This document shows positions 16,657-23,432 of a DNA stretch of 24,000 nt, one piece after another. Every line of letters begins with the position of its first letter. The first letter of the stretch is position 1. Position numbers and translations under genes: made by a program. The stretch is from an uncultured Cryomorphaceae bacterium (GTDB lineage Bacteria > Bacteroidota > Bacteroidia > Flavobacteriales > Schleiferiaceae), in assembly GCA_963976435.1 (NCBI GenBank), contig CAXBKQ010000005.1:22511-46510 (forward strand), read 5' to 3'. The notes beneath the pieces are model-generated. The model searched no databases, was not told the origin of the DNA, and worked only from the letters and a program-made list of their open reading frames with translations.

Positions 16657-17318
16657 CGGTTTTGAAAAAGGAATTTACCAAAGTCAATAGCGCTATCCAG
16701 GGCATTTTTCTCAATCAAATCAAAACTGAAATGAACTGATTTTTCAATAGCCACATCCGTCTTTTCGAAGCCTTTGCTGCGGTCATCAATCCAAAAATTC
16801 AATAAGAACATGAATTGTAGCCACATCATATTATCATAGGTATCACTTAATTTTAACCGGCCTGCAATCTCTTCCTTGGCTATGCCCTCTTGCACCAATC
16901 CTTTTGCCCAATCCTTAAAGGCCTTTTTTAATGGTTTCAAATTTTTTGCTTCTCCTTTTAGTATGGATTTAGATTCTGGGTAGCTATTAAGGGCAAAACT
17001 TCTATCCTTTTTTAAAAGCTCAAAAAAGCCATAGTAAAAACTTAATAGTTTCTCGCGAACGCTAAAATTTGAAAACTCAGGATCGGCAGTCATTCTCTCC
17101 TTTACATTTTGAAATTTAGTAAGCCAAAAAAGCCCAGCGAGTTGATGAAAATCATTGAAAAACTCATAGAATTGAAACTCTTCTATACCTAATTCCTTGC
17201 AAAATGAATAAATACTTGGTGGCTCCTTCCCATGTTCCAAAATATATTCTTGATATTTCTGGATGATCATTTCTTCTGTGGCGATTTGCTCTTCATCACT
17301 TTTTATTTCTATTTCCAT
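16653..17318 (-). CDS. Probable TetR/AcrR-like transcriptional regulator.
   Basis: The N-terminal region IIQKYQEYILEHGKEPPSIYSFCKELGIEEFQFYEFFNDFHQL resembles the TetR HTH pattern (xxGxxxxSvxxiaxxxGixxxxfYxyFxxkxxL). The C-terminal domain is helical. There is a 4-nt overlap (ATGA type) with the downstream UbiB kinase gene. The assignment rests on pattern resemblance only. Confidence 0.55.
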   Translation of the reverse strand: MEIEIKSDEEQIATEEMIIQKYQEYILEHGKEPPSIYSFCKELGIEEFQFYEFFNDFHQLAGLFWLTKFQNVKERMTADPEFSNFSVREKLLSFYYGFFELLKKDRSFALNSYPESKSILKGEAKNLKPLKKAFKDWAKGLVQEGIAKEEIAGRLKLSDTYDNMMWLQFMFLLNFWIDDRSKGFEKTDVAIEKSVHFSFDLIEKNALDSAIDFGKFLFQNR

Positions 17319-17463
17319 TTTCCTTTTTATTTTGATGTAAAGTTAACGCCGAAGCGCCTCAAACTGTTTCTTAATGGCCTGTTAAAATGAGGCTTAGAAT
17401 TGGAAAAAGCCTTATTTAGAAATGTTCCAGATAATTATTGGTAAAATGGAAAACATCCTGAAC

Positions 17464-17471
17464 TATTTTTG
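17464..17471 (+). promoter_or_regulatory. Candidate -7 box (TAnnTTTG) for the DinB-family gene.
   Basis: TATTTTTG is a perfect match to the consensus and lies 4 nt upstream of ATG 17476. A weak ATTG sits about 23 nt upstream, so the -33 element is poor. Confidence 0.3.
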
Positions 17472-17475
17472 AGCT

Positions 17476-18051
17476 ATGGAAACAAGAACAATGTTTATTA
17501 GCAAGATGCTTTCTAAGATAGAAGGCATAGAAAAAAGTATTGAGAAAAATTTTTACTATTTAGAAAGTGAAGACCTTAGATATAAACCCAATGCCAAAAG
17601 CTGGGATATTATTGAGGTTTTCGAGCATTTGAACATTGTAAATGCTTATTATTTAAAAGTTCTTGGCAGAGGATGGGAAAAAGCACAGGAGGCAAAAAAG
17701 GATAGTTTTAAACTTAGCTGGATTGGAAAAAAGATGGTAAAATCTATGGAGCCAAAAAATGGCAAAAGACCATTTAAAATGAAAACCTTCAAAAAAACTG
17801 ATCCCCTCAAATTACAAGAAGAAAGGGGAAGTAAATTAATTGACCAAATTGTTTTTCAAGATTTCATGGAACAATTAAAGCAGTTTAAAATTTTGCTCCA
17901 AAAGCATGAATCTAAGGATCTTCAATCCATAAAGGTCAAAAGTCTTATTCCTATTATCGGTCTTAGAGGTGGTGATGCATTAGCCTTTATTGTTGCTCAT
18001 ATGGAAAGACATCTATTACAAGCTGAAGACTTGCTCCACAAAAGAGTATAA
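17476..18051 (+). CDS. DinB/YfiT-like (DinB_2) family metal-dependent protein.
   Basis: About 190 aa, predicted helical bundle, with family-typical histidines: WDIIEVFEHLNIVNAYYL near the N-terminus and AHMERHLLQAEDLL near the C-terminus. Confidence 0.65.
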   Translation: METRTMFISKMLSKIEGIEKSIEKNFYYLESEDLRYKPNAKSWDIIEVFEHLNIVNAYYLKVLGRGWEKAQEAKKDSFKLSWIGKKMVKSMEPKNGKRPFKMKTFKKTDPLKLQEERGSKLIDQIVFQDFMEQLKQFKILLQKHESKDLQSIKVKSLIPIIGLRGGDALAFIVAHMERHLLQAEDLLHKRV

Positions 18052-18076
18052 ATTTCCAAAAGAACATCAGGGCATT

Positions 18077-18110
18077 AAAAAAGCCGCTTCAAGTTTGAAG
18101 CGGCTTTTTA
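18077..18110. terminator. Bidirectional rho-independent terminator between convergent genes.
   Basis: The sequence is AAAAAA-GCCGCTTC-AAGTTT-GAAGCGGC-TTTTT. A perfect 8-bp GC-rich stem (18083-18090 / 18097-18104) is flanked by an A-run and a T-run, so it can terminate in both directions. Confidence 0.8.
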
Positions 18111-18129
18111 AATATTTAGGAAGGATGTT

Positions 18130-19638
18130 TTACTCCACAATCTTTATCCAAAGATCGCCAGAGTAAGCCCCATTCATTTTACTGTTCTTAGCTCTTTCAG
18201 CTTCCTGGTAAGTATTAAACTTCAGCAAGTATACATAGTAGTAGAAGTTTCCTTTATCTTGGAAATATCTAGCACTCATACCTTGCCCACCTAGTTTATT
18301 CACCAACTTCTGAGCATTTGCTTGGCTTCCAAATACACCAGCAACAACATAGTATCCGTTTGATCCAGGTTCAACATTTTGCGGTTGATTTCTTGGGCTA
18401 TATGAATTGTCATTTTGATTAGGATCATAAGTCTGATTAGGATCTCTATTCTGATTGGGATCTACCCCTTGATTTGGATCTCCATTTTGATTAGGATCTC
18501 TATTCGTACGTGGGTTTTGGGTTCTACCTTGGTTTGGATCTCCAGATTGATCTGGATTGGTTCCTGTAGGAATGTTCTTCAACTTTTCTTCAGCTTCATC
18601 AATTTTCTTCTGAAGTTCCTTTTCAAGATCTCCTAATTTCTCAGCCATCCTTTCATCCATTTCCTCCTCAATTTGATCTTTCAGCTTACGTTGATCCTTT
18701 TTCAATTTCTTCTGCTCTCTCTCCAGGCGATCCATCTTCTTATCGCTTCCGAAGCTATACCTCAACATAAACTCATGTGAAGTACCTAAATTGGAGGCAA
18801 AGGTGTTGGTAGAAAAATCATAAGCATATCCCAATGTAAGAGCATCAGTAAGATTTAATCCCACATTAGCCGTTACTGCATAGTCTGATCTATACATTGC
18901 ACCCAAATACCCATAATCTTTCAAATTAAATATGGCTCCAACATCAATTTGAACAGGTACATTCTGTGCAGCCTTAATCATCACCAAAGGTGTAAGAATA
19001 TTCTCCTGACCTTTAAATCTGAAATCATAGCCGGCATTAATCACATAATGTCTGATCAATGAATAGTTAATGGGTTCAGTAGTATTTTGAGTATACTCTA
19101 TAGAAGGATTCAAAATTTGGGGAATAGCTACTCCTAGACTAAAGTCGGCTAGTTTTAAGCTTACACCTGTATTTAAATCAAAGTTTCCACGATTATCGGT
19201 GGTTACCGTAATAATAGACTCAATATCCTTGGAACGGATTGCGCTTTGATCAATAGCATTATTTAAATAACCTGCTCCTAATCCAAAGGATAGAGTTGTG
19301 TTATCTGCTAACTTTAAATGGTAGGCATAGTTTCCGTAAATACCCATTCTACTTACAATATCCGTAACATCTCTGTAAGCATAAACACTCCATCCTACTT
19401 TTTCCTCATTCAGGGAACCGTTTATAGCTAAGGCCGAAGTTTCTGGTGACCCTTGAATATCGGTCCATTGTCTTCTGTGAAGGAATGTTAATTCCGAAGA
19501 ACCATCCGTTCCAGACTGTGAAGGATTATAAATAAATGGTGTGAAATAATAATTGCTGTAAAGCGGCAATTGTTGAGCAGAAATTTTTGAAAAACCTGCA
19601 AGCAGTAAAAGGGCGGTAATTATATATCTTTTTTTCAT
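18130..19638 (-). CDS. PorP/SprF family T9SS outer-membrane protein fused to a coiled coil, a DPNQ repeat linker and a C-terminal SPOR-like peptidoglycan-binding domain.
   Basis: Signal peptide, then the family-typical N-terminus AQQLPLYSNYYFTPFIYNPSQSG. The beta-barrel body ends ...GTSHEFMLRYSFG at about aa 297. aa 298-355 form a K/E-rich coiled coil. aa 356-425 hold the DPNQ-type repeats. aa 426-502 read YYVVAGVFGSQANAQKLVNKLGGQGMSARYFQDKGNFYYYVYLLKFNTYQEAERAKNS...LWIKI, which resembles a SPOR beta-alpha-beta-beta-alpha-beta pattern. The gene starts 9 nt downstream of a type-B CTD cargo gene. Confidence 0.85.
   Translation of the reverse strand: MKKRYIITALLLLAGFSKISAQQLPLYSNYYFTPFIYNPSQSGTDGSSELTFLHRRQWTDIQGSPETSALAINGSLNEEKVGWSVYAYRDVTDIVSRMGIYGNYAYHLKLADNTTLSFGLGAGYLNNAIDQSAIRSKDIESIITVTTDNRGNFDLNTGVSLKLADFSLGVAIPQILNPSIEYTQNTTEPINYSLIRHYVINAGYDFRFKGQENILTPLVMIKAAQNVPVQIDVGAIFNLKDYGYLGAMYRSDYAVTANVGLNLTDALTLGYAYDFSTNTFASNLGTSHEFMLRYSFGSDKKMDRLEREQKKLKKDQRKLKDQIEEEMDERMAEKLGDLEKELQKKIDEAEEKLKNIPTGTNPDQSGDPNQGRTQNPRTNRDPNQNGDPNQGVDPNQNRDPNQTYDPNQNDNSYSPRNQPQNVEPGSNGYYVVAGVFGSQANAQKLVNKLGGQGMSARYFQDKGNFYYYVYLLKFNTYQEAERAKNSKMNGAYSGDLWIKIVE
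18415..18560 (-). repeat. In-frame 18-nt tandem repeat array encoding the DPNQxx hexapeptide.
   Basis: On the + strand, the 12-mer (t/c)TGATT(a/t/g)GGATC recurs at 18415, 18433, 18451, 18469 and 18487, an exact 18-nt period. Its reverse complement is GATCCnAATCA(a/g), encoding D-P-N-Q. Degenerate copies lie at about 18510-18560. The protein reads NRDPNQNGDPNQGVDPNQNRDPNQTYDPNQND. Confidence 0.85.
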
Positions 19639-19647
19639 GGCTGGTTT

Positions 19648-22398
19648 TTAGTCGTTTCTTAAAATTGTGATTGCACTTTTCAGTATCACTGTGCCATCAC
19701 AGCTTAAAATATAATAATAGGTTCCATCTGGCAGGGGATTACCTCCTTCATCATTTCCATCCCAAATTCCTTGAAATTCCTTGTCATCATATACTGAGGA
19801 TCCCCATCTGTTCATTATTAAAATTTCACAGGCCTTTCCATCTGTTATAGCCCTAATATCCCAAGTGTTATTGATATTATCAGCGGCACCAGGAGTAAAG
19901 AGATTGTAAACATTTTCCAGTTTAATTAATTCTGCACCTCTTGGATTATTAATAATAATGGTAAGGGAATCAATTCCAGAACATCCATTTACACCTGTAG
20001 CTATCATATACACCGTGATGGTATCCGCTAAAATAGAATCAGGTAGAATTTTACTTACTTGAATTTTTCTGGATAGAAAGTCGTTATAGTCCATTGGTTT
20101 GTCGGAGAACCATCGGTAGGAATTACCTCCAGAACCTTCGAGTTCAATTGTTTCTCCTGAATTAGCCACCACATCTGGTCCGGCATTGGCCTGTGTTTGT
20201 TGAGAATAAATAATAACATCCTCCACTCTTTCACAACCATTTTCGCCCCTTCCAGTAACAGAGTATGTGCCCGCAGTAGATATCCACCTCGATGCTCCAG
20301 TTTCTCCATCATTCCAACTATAGGTAAATGAATTTCCCTGAGCCACCACTAAAACAGAATCATTTAAACATAAACCCAATGAATCTCCTGGGAAAAAAGT
20401 AACCACCGGAAGTTGATAAAATTGTACGGCTATACTATCACCTAAGTAACCGCAGGTGGTAATACCAAATTGGTTTCTATAGCTAGTGGATAATCTAAAA
20501 TAACTAGTATCGCCCATAGCATTTGCTGTATCAACCTGCAGGGATGGAAGCGTATCATTAAGCATATCTACCCAACCTGCTCCTGGTGAGAGTTGTTGCC
20601 ATTGATAATTCCAAGGGTTAAAACCAAATACCGTATCGGCAGCGGCTAATAACACAGAATCATAAATACAAAGGTTTAAGGAAGTTCCAGCTCCAGGATT
20701 TGTTGGGAAAGGAACATTGCTAATGGTTGTATTGGCTATGGTATCTACAAATAATGTAAAATGACTATATCTGTCTGTACAAATACCATCATCAATATCT
20801 AAATAATACCTACCCGCCGTTTTTAGTTTTATGGATTGGTTTTTTGATCCTACTAAAGGGTAAACTACGATACTACCACCATCCATGGAATCTGTTAACC
20901 ATTGATAGGTGTATGGAAGTTGGAATGAATCCGGACTAGTAGGTCCCATTACAATAACAGAATCTGTTTCGCATATTACTACAGAATCTTTTCCTACAAT
21001 ATTAACTCCTGATTGTCCGGCAGGAATTGTTAAATCATATTCTGGGAACCATCTCACTCTAATTTCGGGAGTGAAGACCTCACATAAATCTTGGTCTAAA
21101 TGCGTCCTAGTTGTAATTTTCAATCGGTAGTAGCTCAAAATTTGTACGGGCTGCAAACTAGTGTCCACCTTCATGGTAGAGGAAATACTGTCTGTTACAT
21201 TCACCCATGAAATTGGATTTGTTGCGGTATTGGCTCTTTGCCATTGATATACCCAGTTCGGTTCTTGTGCTCCAACTATTCCTAGGGTGATGGAATCCTT
21301 CATACAAACATCCCCAGGAACGGGAATTGGAAAAGCTGGTGGCCAGGGAATAGACCCTAATTCCACATCTGGATTTTCATCCCAGAAAACATAAATTGGG
21401 GCATCTGAGGTATCCACACAAAATCCGTCTTCTGTTCTAATATAGATCCTAGCTGGATTGGTAAATATTTTGGAGGTATCAATAGTTGCTTGAATAAAAG
21501 TATCTCCAGGAGAGATTCGGTAAAAATGCTGTACTCCAAAAGCATCAATTGTATCCGCTAACCACTCGTATTTATAGGTTAGCCCGGCTACAGCCGTTGG
21601 CCCTGTGAGTGTAACAAAGTCGCTGGCACAAATTTCAATTGAATCCAAAGGTGTCATATTACCAGGCACATCAATTTGATAGGCTTGGGGTGCAGGGGTT
21701 ACCTTGGAAATATTGGTTCTAGGTTTAAAATGGTTGATTAAAGTATCCTCAGATGTGGTTTTACATTGGGCACTAACCCATGTATCCACACTGTAGGTTC
21801 CAGAATTAAATACTATAAGTGTATCATCCGTTTCTCCAGGGATATCAACGTTATTGAGTTTCCATTGGAAAAATGTAGCAAATGGTTTAGCAACAAGGAT
21901 AACAGAATCTCCTTCACAAAATCCCCAATCTGCAGCTCCAGTATAAGGATTTTCAAAACCTCCTATAATGGTATCAATTTCGGAAAGGGTTTTATTAAGG
22001 ATATTATAAATATTGGTATCACTGACTTCACCGTTGTCGGCAACAATCCTAATATAATTGGCCAAAGATGGACGATTACAAGGTATGATAACAGTTGCCG
22101 TTTTTATCCCAGTTGAAATTGTATCTACTCCAGGATTTCCTGTTGGCCTAAACTTTACTATAGGCAGGGTATCGGCATTTGCAAAACTCTGCAAAGGATC
22201 ATTTGTGATCTCAATATAGAATCTTGTCCCGAAAGGAAAATTGGCATTTGAAATTTGATAAACGATATCTAAGCTATCGCATTGGCAAGCAGGAAACGGC
22301 GCTGGCACCGGTTGATTAAGATTCAAGGATTGGGCTCTTAATTGTGTAGAGCACAAAACCGATCCTAAAACAAAAATGAACACTAATAATTTCTTCAT
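19648..22398 (-). CDS. T9SS type-B C-terminal sorting domain protein: a large multi-Ig-like-repeat cell-surface or secreted adhesin-like cargo.
   Basis: The start is trimmed to MKKLLVFIFVLGSVLCSTQLRAQ (ATG 22398). The C-terminal roughly 88 aa (nt 19651-19914) read VYNLFTPGAADNINNTWDIRAI...ILIMNRWGSSVYDDKEFQGIWDGNDEGGNPLPDGTYYYIL. That matches the 'gliding motility-associated C-terminal domain' / CHU_C type-B CTD pattern (NaFTPNgDGiNDxf...fnRWGxxVf...WdGxxxGxxlpxGtYyY). The body holds about seven modules of roughly 100 aa. Confidence 0.9.
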   Translation of the reverse strand: MKKLLVFIFVLGSVLCSTQLRAQSLNLNQPVPAPFPACQCDSLDIVYQISNANFPFGTRFYIEITNDPLQSFANADTLPIVKFRPTGNPGVDTISTGIKTATVIIPCNRPSLANYIRIVADNGEVSDTNIYNILNKTLSEIDTIIGGFENPYTGAADWGFCEGDSVILVAKPFATFFQWKLNNVDIPGETDDTLIVFNSGTYSVDTWVSAQCKTTSEDTLINHFKPRTNISKVTPAPQAYQIDVPGNMTPLDSIEICASDFVTLTGPTAVAGLTYKYEWLADTIDAFGVQHFYRISPGDTFIQATIDTSKIFTNPARIYIRTEDGFCVDTSDAPIYVFWDENPDVELGSIPWPPAFPIPVPGDVCMKDSITLGIVGAQEPNWVYQWQRANTATNPISWVNVTDSISSTMKVDTSLQPVQILSYYRLKITTRTHLDQDLCEVFTPEIRVRWFPEYDLTIPAGQSGVNIVGKDSVVICETDSVIVMGPTSPDSFQLPYTYQWLTDSMDGGSIVVYPLVGSKNQSIKLKTAGRYYLDIDDGICTDRYSHFTLFVDTIANTTISNVPFPTNPGAGTSLNLCIYDSVLLAAADTVFGFNPWNYQWQQLSPGAGWVDMLNDTLPSLQVDTANAMGDTSYFRLSTSYRNQFGITTCGYLGDSIAVQFYQLPVVTFFPGDSLGLCLNDSVLVVAQGNSFTYSWNDGETGASRWISTAGTYSVTGRGENGCERVEDVIIYSQQTQANAGPDVVANSGETIELEGSGGNSYRWFSDKPMDYNDFLSRKIQVSKILPDSILADTITVYMIATGVNGCSGIDSLTIIINNPRGAELIKLENVYNLFTPGAADNINNTWDIRAITDGKACEILIMNRWGSSVYDDKEFQGIWDGNDEGGNPLPDGTYYYILSCDGTVILKSAITILRND

Positions 22399-22569
22399 TA
22401 GATAGTCTGGTTTTGAAAGAGAACTCTTTGTTGGTCGCAATATAAACATTAATAAATTCGTGTTTCTTACTAAATTAACTACTTATTAACTCCAATTAGT
22501 TAATGAGGATGATGTAAAAAATCCATTAATTTGAATTCTTGAAAAACTAAATAAAATTCCCATGGAATT

Positions 22570-22944
22570 ATGAAGTCCTACCTTAAAATACGTACAAAGG
22601 CATTCTCATACGCCATCAAAGGTTTGTCTCATTTTATTAAGGAGCCCCATGCCCGCATTCACATTGGCTTTTTGATACTGGTGAATATAATGGCCTATTA
22701 CCTTTCCATATCTAAAATGGAATGGTTGGCCATTCTGCTTTGCTGTGCTCTGGTGCTTTCTTTAGAGGCTATAAACTCCGCTATTGAACATTTAACAGAT
22801 ATTATTTCACCAAATTTCAATGTTCAAGCTGGATTAGTTAAAGATATTGCAGCGGCAGCCGTTCTTTTGGCCAGTATTTTTTCGGCCATAATCGGACTCA
22901 TAATTTTTGCTCCTAAAATGATGGACTTATTTAATTTTCAATGA
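22570..22944 (+). CDS. dgkA: Diacylglycerol kinase (prokaryotic DgkA) family protein. It could be a DAG kinase or an undecaprenol kinase.
   Basis: 124 aa with three transmembrane helices. The N-terminal amphipathic segment is FSYAIKGLSHFIKEPHARIH. The family signature is LSLEAINSAIEHLTDIISP (E-x-x-N-[ST]-A-I-E). Confidence 0.85.
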   Translation: MKSYLKIRTKAFSYAIKGLSHFIKEPHARIHIGFLILVNIMAYYLSISKMEWLAILLCCALVLSLEAINSAIEHLTDIISPNFNVQAGLVKDIAAAAVLLASIFSAIIGLIIFAPKMMDLFNFQ

Positions 22945-23432
22945 ACTATTCTAAACTTCTAGACTCCATTTTAAATGAAATGGATGCTTTTAATCCTCCA
23001 AAATCCTTGCTTCAGATTTGTGAATCACTTAGTCAAAACGCTAATTCCTTTGATTGGGTTGGGTTTTACTTTATGAACTCTGAGAAAAACACCCTACACC
23101 TAGGACCCTATATTGGTGAAAAAACGGATCATGTGGAAATTCCTTATGGTAGAGGTATTTGTGGCCAAGTTGCTAATTCTGGGAATACCTATATAGCCGA
23201 AGATATTAACAGTGAAAGCAATTATATCGCTTGCAGCATCCATGTGAAATCGGAAATCGTAGTACCGATTTACCACGGAGAAAAACTTGTTGCCCAACTA
23301 GACATCGATAGCCATAAGAGCAATGCATTTGGAGTTGAAGAAAAGGATTTTGTAGAAAATCTATGCTCTGAAATCGGGAGAATTTTTGGCGAAAGTTTAG
23401 AATATAAAAACTTCAAATACCACTTCGAATAG
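22941..23432 (+). CDS. msrC: GAF domain protein, free methionine-(R)-sulfoxide reductase type (YebR/MsrC-like).
   Basis: 163 aa. Motifs seen are WVGFYF, GPYIGE, IPYGRGICGQVA (Cys) and YIACSIHVKSEIVVPI (Cys), which are typical of fRMsr GAF proteins. There is a 4-nt overlap (ATGA) with dgkA. Confidence 0.75.
   Translation: MNYSKLLDSILNEMDAFNPPKSLLQICESLSQNANSFDWVGFYFMNSEKNTLHLGPYIGEKTDHVEIPYGRGICGQVANSGNTYIAEDINSESNYIACSIHVKSEIVVPIYHGEKLVAQLDIDSHKSNAFGVEEKDFVENLCSEIGRIFGESLEYKNFKYHFE

Noticed and set aside
17341-17365. GC-rich islet (GTTAACGCCGAAGCGCCTCAAAC) in the AT-rich divergent intergenic region, considered as a possible small RNA or hairpin element.
   Set aside because: The best stem is only 3 bp (CGC/GCG around a tetraloop), which is too weak to call a structured RNA or terminator. 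It may be incidental or part of an operator.
18415-18636. 73-aa + strand ORF (MIRIISLIRISILIGIYPLIWISILIRISI...), and the idea that the periodic DNA might be a CRISPR-like or other non-coding repeat array.
   Set aside because: It is the antisense reading of the DPNQ hexapeptide repeats inside a well-supported minus-strand CDS. The 18-nt period has no spacers and stays in frame, so it is neither a CRISPR array nor a separate gene.
20055-22116. Short ORFs inside the T9SS cargo gene (20055..20312 and 21357..21548 in alternative minus-strand frames; 20909..21130 and 21766..22116 on the + strand).
   Set aside because: They are nested in or opposite the 916-aa cargo CDS, whose frame is supported end to end by the signal peptide, the repeated modules and the CTD.
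22470-22505. Repeated TTAACT / AGTTAA hexamers (direct and inverted) in the intergenic region between the cargo gene and dgkA, considered as regulator binding sites.
   Set aside because: These are short AT-rich hexamers in AT-rich DNA, so chance occurrence is likely. No adjacent regulator gene supports an operator assignment.
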